From: Fidelibacterota bacterium
GTDB lineage: Bacteria > Fidelibacterota > Marinisomatia > Marinisomatales > TCS56
DNA: 19,034 nt
Direction: 5' to 3'
NCBI GenBank assembly: GCA_043822705.1
Contig: JBDRBK010000179.1
Location: 1 to 19,034, forward strand
Made by a program: the position numbers and the translations under genes. The notes below the pieces were generated by a model. The model worked only from the letters and a program-made list of their open reading frames with translations, was not told where the DNA came from and did no database searches. This document shows positions 1-7,678 of this stretch, piece after piece; the first letter of the stretch is position 1; each line of letters opens with the position of its first letter.

Positions 1-13
1 TGAATAAATTATC

Positions 14-1099
14 ATGCGCGAAGAACTAAAAATTCAGTTGCCGTTTCAAAAAGCGTTGGAGAAGAACTGGGTTCAACATCTGTTGTTCTGGCTGGCCTAC
101 CTGGTTCTGTTTACCACGATCCATCTCCTGCGGGGAATTCATGAAGGTGAAGCGCTCAGCCTGATGCAGTTCGAACTGTTTCATCTGGTCGGCCTGATCG
201 TTGTGGTTTATTCCAACCTGCGGGTGCTGATTCCGCGACTGCTGGATAAAAAACACTATCTGGTTTATGCCATTGCGGTTTTCGTGCTGGCCCTGACGGT
301 CTCAATTGTCGTCCATTATCTGGCCGCCATCTTTTTGGGCAGTCCGCCTGCCTTCCGCGGTGAACATCACCCCCGGCGACCGCAAATTTTTATCATGGGT
401 TACATGATGATGAATTTTTTCTTCATCGCCATTTCTTCCTTTCTGCATTATGTCAAGAAATCGACCCGCCTGAACGAGATCGCCCTGCGGGTCAAGGACC
501 TGGAGAGCAGCAAGCTGCAGGCCGAGCTGGATTCGCTGAAAGCCCAGATCAATCCCCATTTTTTGTTCAACACCCTGAACAATATATATTCCCACAGCCT
601 GTTCAAATCGGACCAGACGTCGGAGATGATCCTGAAGCTATCCGGGTTGATGAATTACATTATCTATGATTGCCGCGACGACCGCGTGTCCTTGTCCCGG
701 GAAGTCGAATTCATTAATAATTACGTGGCCCTGGAAAAAGTCCGGATCGACGAGGACGTGGAAACCAGAGTCGAGATCGATGTTCCGCCGAACGGTCACC
801 GGGTGGCGCCGCTGCTGTTTATCCCGCTGCTGGAAAACGCCTTCAAGCACGGCGTCAATCTGCGGACGGGGCAGTCCTTAATCGTTATCCGGCTGACTGT
901 GGACGATAACGATCGGCTGCGGTTCTTTATCGAGAATGCCCTCGACGGCGACGCCCCGGAAGTGCCGGAAAGCGCCGGCGGCATCGGACTGGAAAACGTC
1001 CGCAAGCGTCTGGAGTTGATTTATCCCGGCCGCCACCGCCTGGAGATCGAACGGACCGACGGCAAGTTTCGGGTGTGCCTGACAATCGATTTGAAGTAA
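14..1099 (+). CDS. LytS/YehU-family sensor histidine kinase (His_kinase + HATPase_c, N-terminal TM helices)
   Basis: About 4 hydrophobic N-terminal segments; H-box LKAQINPHFLFNTLNNIY; N-box PLLENAFKHG; G-box GIGLENVRKRL. Confidence 0.95.
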   Translation: MREELKIQLPFQKALEKNWVQHLLFWLAYLVLFTTIHLLRGIHEGEALSLMQFELFHLVGLIVVVYSNLRVLIPRLLDKKHYLVYAIAVFVLALTVSIVVHYLAAIFLGSPPAFRGEHHPRRPQIFIMGYMMMNFFFIAISSFLHYVKKSTRLNEIALRVKDLESSKLQAELDSLKAQINPHFLFNTLNNIYSHSLFKSDQTSEMILKLSGLMNYIIYDCRDDRVSLSREVEFINNYVALEKVRIDEDVETRVEIDVPPNGHRVAPLLFIPLLENAFKHGVNLRTGQSLIVIRLTVDDNDRLRFFIENALDGDAPEVPESAGGIGLENVRKRLELIYPGRHRLEIERTDGKFRVCLTIDLK

Positions 1100-1104
1100 C
1101 AACG

Positions 1105-1851
1105 ATGTCGCCCACCAAGCCAATCAACTGCCTGATTATCGACGACGAGGCCCCGGCCCGCCGGGTGATTCAGAAATATCTGGAAGACGTGCCCGGCGTT
1201 ACGGTGGCGGCGGAGTGCCGGAATGCCTTCGAAGCGCTGGAGGCCCTCCACGAACACCACCCGGACCTGATCTTTCTGGATATCAACATGCCCAAGCTCA
1301 GCGGCCTCGATTTTCTGCGGACCCTCAGCCGGCCGCCGCTGGTGATCATCACCACCGCCTACCGCGAGCATGCCATCGACGGCTTCGACCTGGATGTTGT
1401 CGATTATCTTCACAAACCATTCGCCCTGGACCGCTTTCTCAAGGCACTGCAGAAGGCCCGCGCCCGCCTGGCGCCCCAGCCCGCGGAAACCATCGTCAAG
1501 CCCGCCGAGCCGGCCAAAACCGAGGACCAGTTCATCTTTGTGAAAGAAGATAAAAAAGTGGTGCGGGTGGACCTGAAAGATATCCTGTATCTGGAGTCGG
1601 TGGGTGATTACGTGCGGGTGGTGACCGGCCGCAAGGCCCTGGTGACCTACATGTCGCTCAAGAAAATGGCGGACCTGCTGAGCCCGCTGCTTTTCCCGCG
1701 GATTCACAAATCATATATCGTCAACATCGCCCATATCGATTCGATCGCGGACAACCGCGTCCGCGTCCGTGAAGACAGCCTGCCGATCGGCGCCAGTTAT
1801 CGGGCCGGTTTCATGAAACTGGTGGATAGATTTATGGCGGGGAAGGCCTAA
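1105..1851 (+). CDS. LytTR-family DNA-binding response regulator
   Basis: Receiver motifs IIDDE, DLIFLDINMP, TTAY, DYLHKP; LytTR C-domain with ILYLES.GDYV and FPRIHKSYIVN. Start placed at ATG 1105, 5 nt after the kinase stop, rather than at 1075. Confidence 0.95.
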   Translation: MSPTKPINCLIIDDEAPARRVIQKYLEDVPGVTVAAECRNAFEALEALHEHHPDLIFLDINMPKLSGLDFLRTLSRPPLVIITTAYREHAIDGFDLDVVDYLHKPFALDRFLKALQKARARLAPQPAETIVKPAEPAKTEDQFIFVKEDKKVVRVDLKDILYLESVGDYVRVVTGRKALVTYMSLKKMADLLSPLLFPRIHKSYIVNIAHIDSIADNRVRVREDSLPIGASYRAGFMKLVDRFMAGKA

Positions 1852-1855
1852 AGAT

Positions 1856-1865
1856 AAACGCTACC
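1856..1865. repeat. Left copy of 10-bp direct repeat AAACGCTACC bounding the AT-rich cassette
   Basis: Exact match to 5553-5562; lies at the GC-to-AT transition 4 nt after the LytTR stop. Confidence 0.6.
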
Positions 1866-1885
1866 TAAAATAATTGTGTGAATAA

Positions 1886-1914
1886 GGTTTTATTGTATAG
1901 ATAAAACCATTTTG
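1886..1914. terminator. AT-rich hairpin between the convergent LytTR and S8 peptidase genes
   Basis: GGTTTTAT (1886-1893) / ATAAAACC (1901-1908) inverted repeat followed by ATTTTG. Confidence 0.4.
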
Positions 1915-2008
1915 AAAAAAACAGGAATATCAGATAAATATTGTCCCGATAATGAAATATTTTATTAAAATGTCAAATCACTATAACTTGTAAATTGTAA
2001 TGTAAAAA

Positions 2009-4225
2009 TTATGTTTTAATAGGAATATTAATTACAGGTGTCAAAGGTCTGATCTGGGTTCTATAACGCGATGTTATTTTATTGTAAATATTATTATCAT
2101 TTTTAACTGTCACAGCAATAACCATTGCATATCTCAGTTTTGGGGCAAACAACCGAGCGTTACGCCCACTTTCCCTGGCCATATAATGAATATCAAATAC
2201 CGGTCCTTTTAAACTTGCTCCTCGCTTTGTTTTTTCACTATGCATTGTTGTTTCCCATTTCAAAGAATCCATTCGTAGTTCAAGTTCACCAGAATAGTTA
2301 CCGGCGCTAAAAAAAGAATCTGTTATTGCCACAGTTGAATCTTCTCTAAACTTATCTTCATGCGGTCGAAATATCACACCAATTCCGGCTTTTGTGTAAT
2401 TCCCAATGTGGTTCGACTCAGTATCAGATACATAGCATAATGTTGCTTTAATATTTACATTGCCACTTATTTGTTCTTCTGGTAGTGGAATCTTTGCACG
2501 TATCACAGTTCCTGGTAATATCTCACCCTGATATAGAATTCTTACAGAACCCGGAGAGCAAATAACTAATTTTTCAATATTATTAGGAACCTTACCCCAT
2601 CCGATCTCATGTCTATTTTCACGGTTAGGAGTAGAACAATTTATCAGTAAAGTTTTAATGGCTAAAATACTTATTAAATTTCCAAAGTGAGCTCGAACTC
2701 CCATACCTAAACGCATAACAGATGGAGAGGCAAAGCTAGTTCCAACCGAAGGGGAATTCATCAGAGTATCACCATTTATTGTATTAAATGGCATATCTTC
2801 TGAACCGCCAAAAGCAACTACATCCGGCTTAATTAAACCGGGGCTACGCCCGGGTCCTATTGAGCTGTATGATGCACGCAACCAATTATCGTCTGTTGAG
2901 TCGATACTCCCAACACTTAAACCATTTACTGAATCAGAAGGAACTTGTATTCTATTAAATCTTAATATAGGATCAAGCTCACCTCCGTTGCCAACTGCTA
3001 TCGTACATAATGTATTGCCATTAGACAGTATTTCGTCAATAACAGATGTCCATACATGGACTTCATCATCTTCTATTGGCAATTCGGGTCCGATACTTAA
3101 ATTAACAAATTCATAAATATTAGATTGCAAAATGTCGCGAATCCGAATCAAAACATCAAAAAGATCTTCGTCTTGATCTATATTATTGTCTAATACCCTA
3201 TAATGGTCGATATAACCAAACGGACGGGGTATTTCTTCATCTTCTTGTATGTGACCAAATAAGGCTGAAGATGTTACTTTTTCGCCATGCTCTAAATAAT
3301 TTGGATTTGTTTGTAGGCACCCCTCGGTTTCATATGGGTTGGTCCAAGTAATTAGTGGGGATTTTGCTCTTATTCCCCCATCAAAAATTGCACCTACCAG
3401 TCCAGGGTCTATTGGTACACCAGTCGGCAATTGAATAGAAAAAAGATTTGCATTGTCATCGATATTTTGTCTAATTGGATGTGGTCTCAATCTTGGCATT
3501 GGTCTTATAGCTCGGATAAGTGAAAAATTCGCAAGTTGTTCAATCTGTTCTGGTCTTGAAACAGTTGGAATAAAAACAAGACCATTCGTTGATATACTTC
3601 GTCTCAAATCGGGGATAACACCAAGTGTCGTGGCATAACTATTATATGATAAATTAATGTCAATTTCTTCTTGCTGTATGTCTGTATGTATAACAACCTC
3701 ATATTTATTATTATGCGTACTTAGTGTGCCACCTTTTATTTTATCAATTGGTCTAATTGATGAAAATTTTTCAAATCGAGTAAGTTCGTCTCGAAGTTTA
3801 TTGTTAGCACTAAAAGTATTAAAGATTTCGGGCCATGCTTCAAGCTTGTTTTTATTACATGCTACGAAGTACTCTATTGTGAATGTTGGTATCATTTCCC
3901 TTTCAGTCGAGAACCTTCTTGGAACAATCTGTATTAGTTTGCTACCAACAATATCAACAGAAAGCTCATTAAATATTGTTTGAGGGTAATATGACATTGC
4001 CATGAATTCGGGATGCAAAACAAAAGATACTACAGCTATATTTTTGGGAAGAGAAAGCACGGGCATAGCATTTACAGTAGTAACTATTGCGCCAATATCT
4101 TGAGTTAAAAATTCCAAAGATTCACTATAATCATATACAGGTTTTTTCTCAATTTTTCTTCCAGGGAGTGTTGTCGGCTCTGATAGCCGTTCACCAAAAC
4201 CCAATATAAAATTTTGATTTAGCAT
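2009..4225 (-). CDS. S8 subtilisin-like serine peptidase, IetS/Y4bN-like
   Basis: Catalytic motifs FDGG (Asp), HGEKVTS (His), VGNGG (oxyanion Asn), KPDVVAFGG, GTSFASP (Ser). No signal peptide. SD-like TGAGGA upstream. Directly downstream of an AAA ATPase. Confidence 0.92.
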   Translation of the reverse strand: MLNQNFILGFGERLSEPTTLPGRKIEKKPVYDYSESLEFLTQDIGAIVTTVNAMPVLSLPKNIAVVSFVLHPEFMAMSYYPQTIFNELSVDIVGSKLIQIVPRRFSTEREMIPTFTIEYFVACNKNKLEAWPEIFNTFSANNKLRDELTRFEKFSSIRPIDKIKGGTLSTHNNKYEVVIHTDIQQEEIDINLSYNSYATTLGVIPDLRRSISTNGLVFIPTVSRPEQIEQLANFSLIRAIRPMPRLRPHPIRQNIDDNANLFSIQLPTGVPIDPGLVGAIFDGGIRAKSPLITWTNPYETEGCLQTNPNYLEHGEKVTSSALFGHIQEDEEIPRPFGYIDHYRVLDNNIDQDEDLFDVLIRIRDILQSNIYEFVNLSIGPELPIEDDEVHVWTSVIDEILSNGNTLCTIAVGNGGELDPILRFNRIQVPSDSVNGLSVGSIDSTDDNWLRASYSSIGPGRSPGLIKPDVVAFGGSEDMPFNTINGDTLMNSPSVGTSFASPSVMRLGMGVRAHFGNLISILAIKTLLINCSTPNRENRHEIGWGKVPNNIEKLVICSPGSVRILYQGEILPGTVIRAKIPLPEEQISGNVNIKATLCYVSDTESNHIGNYTKAGIGVIFRPHEDKFREDSTVAITDSFFSAGNYSGELELRMDSLKWETTMHSEKTKRGASLKGPVFDIHYMARESGRNARLFAPKLRYAMVIAVTVKNDNNIYNKITSRYRTQIRPLTPVINIPIKT

Positions 4226-4238
4226 ATATATTTCCTCA

Positions 4239-5333
4239 TTATATGTTTTGCCTAATTGTATCTCGACTGACCCCTGTTAATTTGTTGGCCAATCTTTGAG
4301 ATAATACATTTTCCGATACCAAATATGTAGCAAAGGCTTTTTTTTCAGGTTTTGTTAAAGAATCAACATGTTTTGAAATAAGTCTTTTAGCGTGTTCTTC
4401 AAGAGATTCGTTGTTAATCGCTAGAGCCCTTTTTACACGATTAATTTCCCTTTCTATATCACTAAATGAAAAATTTGAAAAGAGCCGTGCTATTACTTCT
4501 ACCCATGGCCCATGTTCTTGCCCAAAAGACCCAAGAAAGGTTATTACGGCCTTTCTTACTAGCTGAATATCTGGCATAGGAAAATTTATAAGCACATCAA
4601 ACCGTCTCCATATTGCAGGATCTAGCAAGTCTGGATGGTTTGTTGCCGCAATTATCAAGCCTGTTGATGGCCAATCATCAATTTCCTGTAATAAAACAGT
4701 TACCAGCCTTTTTAATTCACCAACTTCAGTTGAATCATCGCGCTTTTTGGCAATTGCGTCGAATTCATCTAGCAACAGAATACACTTCATGCTTTTTGCA
4801 TATTCTAACACACTACGGATATTGTTACCCGTTCTACCTAAAAAACTGCTCATTACAGCAGATAGGTCTAGTGTAAAAAGAGGCATATTTAATTCGCGCG
4901 CAATCCAATGCGCAGCCATAGATTTTCCCACGCCGGGCTTACCAGTAAAAATTACTGATTTCGATGGAGTGAGACCAATTTCTTCAAGACGATGCACATT
5001 TTGCCATTCAATAACTAGTTGGGTGATTTGTCGACCCAGATCTTCCTCCATGATAGGTTCATATTCTAGGCCTATATTAGGATTGTAGCGCAGTAATTGA
5101 ACTCGCGAGTCTATGTCCACCGGGATTGCATCTTTAATTCCTTTAACTGGAGAAAGTCTTGTGGGTGAACTACGCATAATCGATAAAATCTTTTCTCCGA
5201 AATTGGGCTTTTCATCTTTAAACTGCAGGTAAATTCTTCTTAGTAGTAACTGTACGTCTTGTTCGCGTCCTGTAAGCGCAACCCTGGCAAGGTGGGCTAT
5301 TATTTCTTCATACTTCATATTGTCGTCCAGCAT
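4239..5333 (-). CDS. AAA+ ATPase, IetA/Y4kL-like
   Basis: Walker A GKPGVGKS, Walker B LLLDEFD, sensor-1 IAATN, Arg finger DPAIWRRFD. Start is probably ATG 5333 (AAGGAG upstream) or 5318, not 5450. Confidence 0.93.
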   Translation of the reverse strand: MLDDNMKYEEIIAHLARVALTGREQDVQLLLRRIYLQFKDEKPNFGEKILSIMRSSPTRLSPVKGIKDAIPVDIDSRVQLLRYNPNIGLEYEPIMEEDLGRQITQLVIEWQNVHRLEEIGLTPSKSVIFTGKPGVGKSMAAHWIARELNMPLFTLDLSAVMSSFLGRTGNNIRSVLEYAKSMKCILLLDEFDAIAKKRDDSTEVGELKRLVTVLLQEIDDWPSTGLIIAATNHPDLLDPAIWRRFDVLINFPMPDIQLVRKAVITFLGSFGQEHGPWVEVIARLFSNFSFSDIEREINRVKRALAINNESLEEHAKRLISKHVDSLTKPEKKAFATYLVSENVLSQRLANKLTGVSRDTIRQNI

Positions 5334-5552
5334 CCCGTTATTTGTCTCCTTCGGTGTTTGGTTTAATTTATACCTATATGGACCAATATGCAACCACACA
5401 AGCATTACCAGTCCATTTTCAAGGATGGCGTCGATTATGATTGGCATCATAATTCACTCTTCATTAATACTATTCATAATGTCATACCCAGCCCCTTTAG
5501 AAAATTTCGTCCCCCATGAAATGAATTTGGTGCACTAAATGTCATTCGCTGC

Positions 5553-5562
5553 AAACGCTACC
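5553..5562. repeat. Right copy of 10-bp direct repeat AAACGCTACC
   Basis: Exact match to 1856-1865; near the return to GC-rich sequence. Confidence 0.6.
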
Positions 5563-5585
5563 CACACCTTAATCATTGATTGTTC

Positions 5586-5629
5586 TACCGGCCGGAAACA
5601 TCCTATCGGCAAAGTGTCTCCGGCCGGTA
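5586..5629 (-). terminator. Strong hairpin just downstream of the small hypothetical gene
   Basis: TACCGGCCGGAAACA (5586-5600) / TGTCTCCGGCCGGTA (5615-5629): 15-bp stem, 1 mismatch, 14-nt loop, 8 nt past the stop. No clear U-tract. Confidence 0.5.
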
Positions 5630-5637
5630 TTTAGCGG

Positions 5638-5952
5638 CTACCTTTTAGCCGTAATCCCGAACTCGACCCAGCGTGATTTATCCATAGCCAGTTTCACCAC
5701 TTTGGTGGCTTCGCTGAGTTGGTTCTTGATTTCCAGAACCTGGGCGTCCAGTTCGGCCGTCTTGGTTTTCAGGGCGGCCTTGAGGGCCTCCTGTTCACCG
5801 TTCAGTGCTTCGGCATTCGTGGCAGCGGTTCCCAGGGCGGTTATGAATTCGGCGCTGAGTCCCCGGGCGGCCACCGCCGCGGCATTGGCCTGCAGGCCGG
5901 TAACCATCACCTTGGTGGTGCTGATTAATTCAGCGAAGGATGTATTTCCCAT
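5638..5952 (-). CDS. 104-aa alpha-helical/coiled-coil hypothetical protein
   Basis: ATG 5952 with AAAGGA SD. Amphipathic Ala/Leu/Lys/Glu-rich sequence (LNGEQEALKAALKTKTAELD) ending WVEFGITAKR. From recollection only, it resembles uncharacterised small proteins of Bacteroidota. Confidence 0.8.
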   Translation of the reverse strand: MGNTSFAELISTTKVMVTGLQANAAAVAARGLSAEFITALGTAATNAEALNGEQEALKAALKTKTAELDAQVLEIKNQLSEATKVVKLAMDKSRWVEFGITAKR

Positions 5953-5973
5953 GCTTGTTTCCTTTCTGTTGTT

Positions 5974-6097
5974 GGCGGGGTCGTTCAGCGGTCGTAATTG
6001 ACAGCCCCCCGCCACCTGGCCGGGCGACTATCACGCGCATCAGCGCCCGGTCGGGTCGAACCAGGCGCTGTGCGGCCGGATGCAGTCATCGGGTGGC
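5974..6097 (-). ncRNA. Putative structured leader RNA upstream of the small gene
   Basis: Inner 11-bp stem 6041-6051/6060-6070, whose single mismatch is a G-U pair only on the minus strand. Extended by CGCA/TGCG, GACT/AGTC and GCCACC/GGTGGC (6011-6016/6092-6097). Alternative helix GGCGGGG/CCCCGCC (5974-5980/6007-6013). Confidence 0.55.
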
Positions 6098-6120
6098 TTC
6101 GGAAAACAATAGTCGATTTG

Positions 6121-6309
6121 GGACGAAAGCATAATCCACCGGGACGAACAACCGGTCCATCCGGACGGAGTCGTGATCCATGTGGACGAAAGGAAGGTCT
6201 ATCGGGACGAAGGCGTGGTCCATATGGACGGAAGGTCGGTCCACCCGGACGAAGCAGTGGTCCACCTGGACGAAAGGATCGTCCACCGGGACGGAAGGTT
6301 GGTCCGGAT
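6121..6309. repeat. Tandem array of nine 21-bp quasi-palindromic units, consensus GGACGRA-N6-RTCCAYNN
   Basis: Units start at 6121, 6142, 6163, 6184, 6205, 6226, 6247, 6268, 6289. Period is exactly 21 nt, GGACG is invariant, and all nine 6-nt cores differ. Confidence 0.95.
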
Positions 6310-6490
6310 AAAAACCAGGCAAAGCGTGTCGGAATACGGAACGTGCTATACTGCCACCCGTGACAATTGACATAAACATACCCCGTTTAATTAAAAACTC
6401 CGCCTGAAATTAATAAAATATCGGTGCACTGGCATTCAATTGATAATCGGGATCGCATTGACAATCGGCATTGACTGCGACAGCGTCTAT

Positions 6491-7504
6491 TCAGGAATCA
6501 TAATTGACCAATCCGGTTTCCATTTCGAGCAGCTCGTGCAATTTGGCGCGCAGCAGTTGTTTATCGATCAGCCTGGTTTCATAATCGGCGATCAGGGTTG
6601 GTGAAATATTGCGGGCCAGGGCGAATTCCACCACTTCGGCGTCTTTTCCTTTGCAGAGCAAAATCCCGACACTGGGATTCTCATGCCCCTTCTTAAACTC
6701 CCGGTCCAGGGCCTCCGGATAGAAATTCATTTTTCCCAGAAATTCCGGTTTAAAATCTTCGGTTTTCAGTTCCACCGCTACCAGACACTGGAGATCACGG
6801 TGGAAGAACAGTAAATCAAGATAGTAGTCATGGTTACCCACCTCTACACGATATTCCTGGCCGATAAACGAGAATCCCCGGCCCAATTCCAGGATGAAAT
6901 CCTTCAGGTTCGCTACCAGCGCTTTTTGCAGGTCGTTCTCAGAGTAATTTTTAGGCAAATCCAGAAATTCAAAGATGTAAGTATCTTTGAAAAAATGCGC
7001 CGTTTGTGATTGTGTCACCACCGGCAGGGTTTTGCCGCCGGCCGGCAATGTCCGCTCATATACCGCCGTATTCAATTGTCTTTCGAGTTCACGTGAAGAC
7101 AGTTTATCCCCGATTGTAAGATTTACGTAAAACTCCCTCTCAGCCCTTGATTTTGTTTTTGCCAATATTAATCGATGGTGGATCCAGGTTAATTGTGCCC
7201 GCAGTGCGGACACTTATTCATGATCTTTGTACGTCTCATAAAACTGTTTCATTCGGTAAAGGCCGCGGCGGGTGAAGCCTTTGGTGTCAGGATACTGGTC
7301 ACGAATAAATTCCACCAGATTATCCACCACGCCGGAACCCCACTCCGCCGATGCCACTTTTTCTGAAATAAACTTGCCCGTTTCGTAGTACAGGTTAATC
7401 AGTTCCGCGTTTACCTGAGCAAGCGCCCGCCCGCGGGCGGACTGAATCATTAAAATAATATGCTGAAAGTCCCGGTTTAAATCAGTGGAAATATTACCGC
7501 GCAT
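6491..7504 (-). pseudogene. YhcG/DUF1016 PDDEXK nuclease-domain gene interrupted by an in-frame stop
   Basis: ORFs 7214..7504 (DUF1016_N: VNAELINLYYETG, WGSGVV, GFTRRGLYRMKQFY) and 6491..7213 (KDTYIFEFL, ELGRGFSFIG, YLDLLFFHRDLQCLVAVELK) share one frame and are separated only by TAA at 7214-7216. Confidence 0.85.
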
Positions 7505-7678
7505 AATTCACCTGTAACTAAATCTTAATTGAACTACCTCCCGTTTCCGGATCGAGACAAATTTAACCTGCGAGATAATTTGTTACCACTATTCAATTTC
7601 AGGCGTATCCGCCTCCGCTAATCTTGGTAACAATACCTGCCGCCGTCCGTAAATTCCACCCCTCAGGAACTATACTTT

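Noticed and set aside
5334..5450. N-terminal 39 aa of the 403-aa ATPase ORF
   Set aside because: An SD-like AAGGAG precedes ATG 5333, so the extension is probably upstream non-coding sequence.
5586..5629. Integron attC site
   Set aside because: No RYYYAAC...GTTRRRY boxes and no integrase.
6184..6290. Hammerhead ribozyme (GTCC-N4-GGAC-GAAA matches stem II plus GAAA)
   Set aside because: The required CUGANGA core 5' of GTCC is absent in every unit.
6121..6309. CRISPR array or TIGR array
   Set aside because: The period is only 21 nt with 6-nt variable cores, and there is no cas gene or recognisable Nop-domain gene in the window.
6121..6309. Plasmid iterons
   Set aside because: The units are too divergent and no rep gene is present.
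6085..6364. Retron msr-msd (a1/a2-like flanking inverted repeat)
   Set aside because: No reverse transcriptase in the window.
5576..6370. Plus-strand ORFs 5576..6001, 5719..5928, 5940..6134, 5998..6363, 6173..6370
   Set aside because: These are antisense shadows of the small gene or stop-poor readings of the GC-rich repeat, without SD or recognisable motifs.
6344..6395. Plus-strand promoter motifs (TGCTATACT extended -10; TTGACA at 6367)
   Set aside because: The elements are not correctly paired with each other and no plus-strand gene follows. An antisense promoter cannot be excluded, but there is no support for it.
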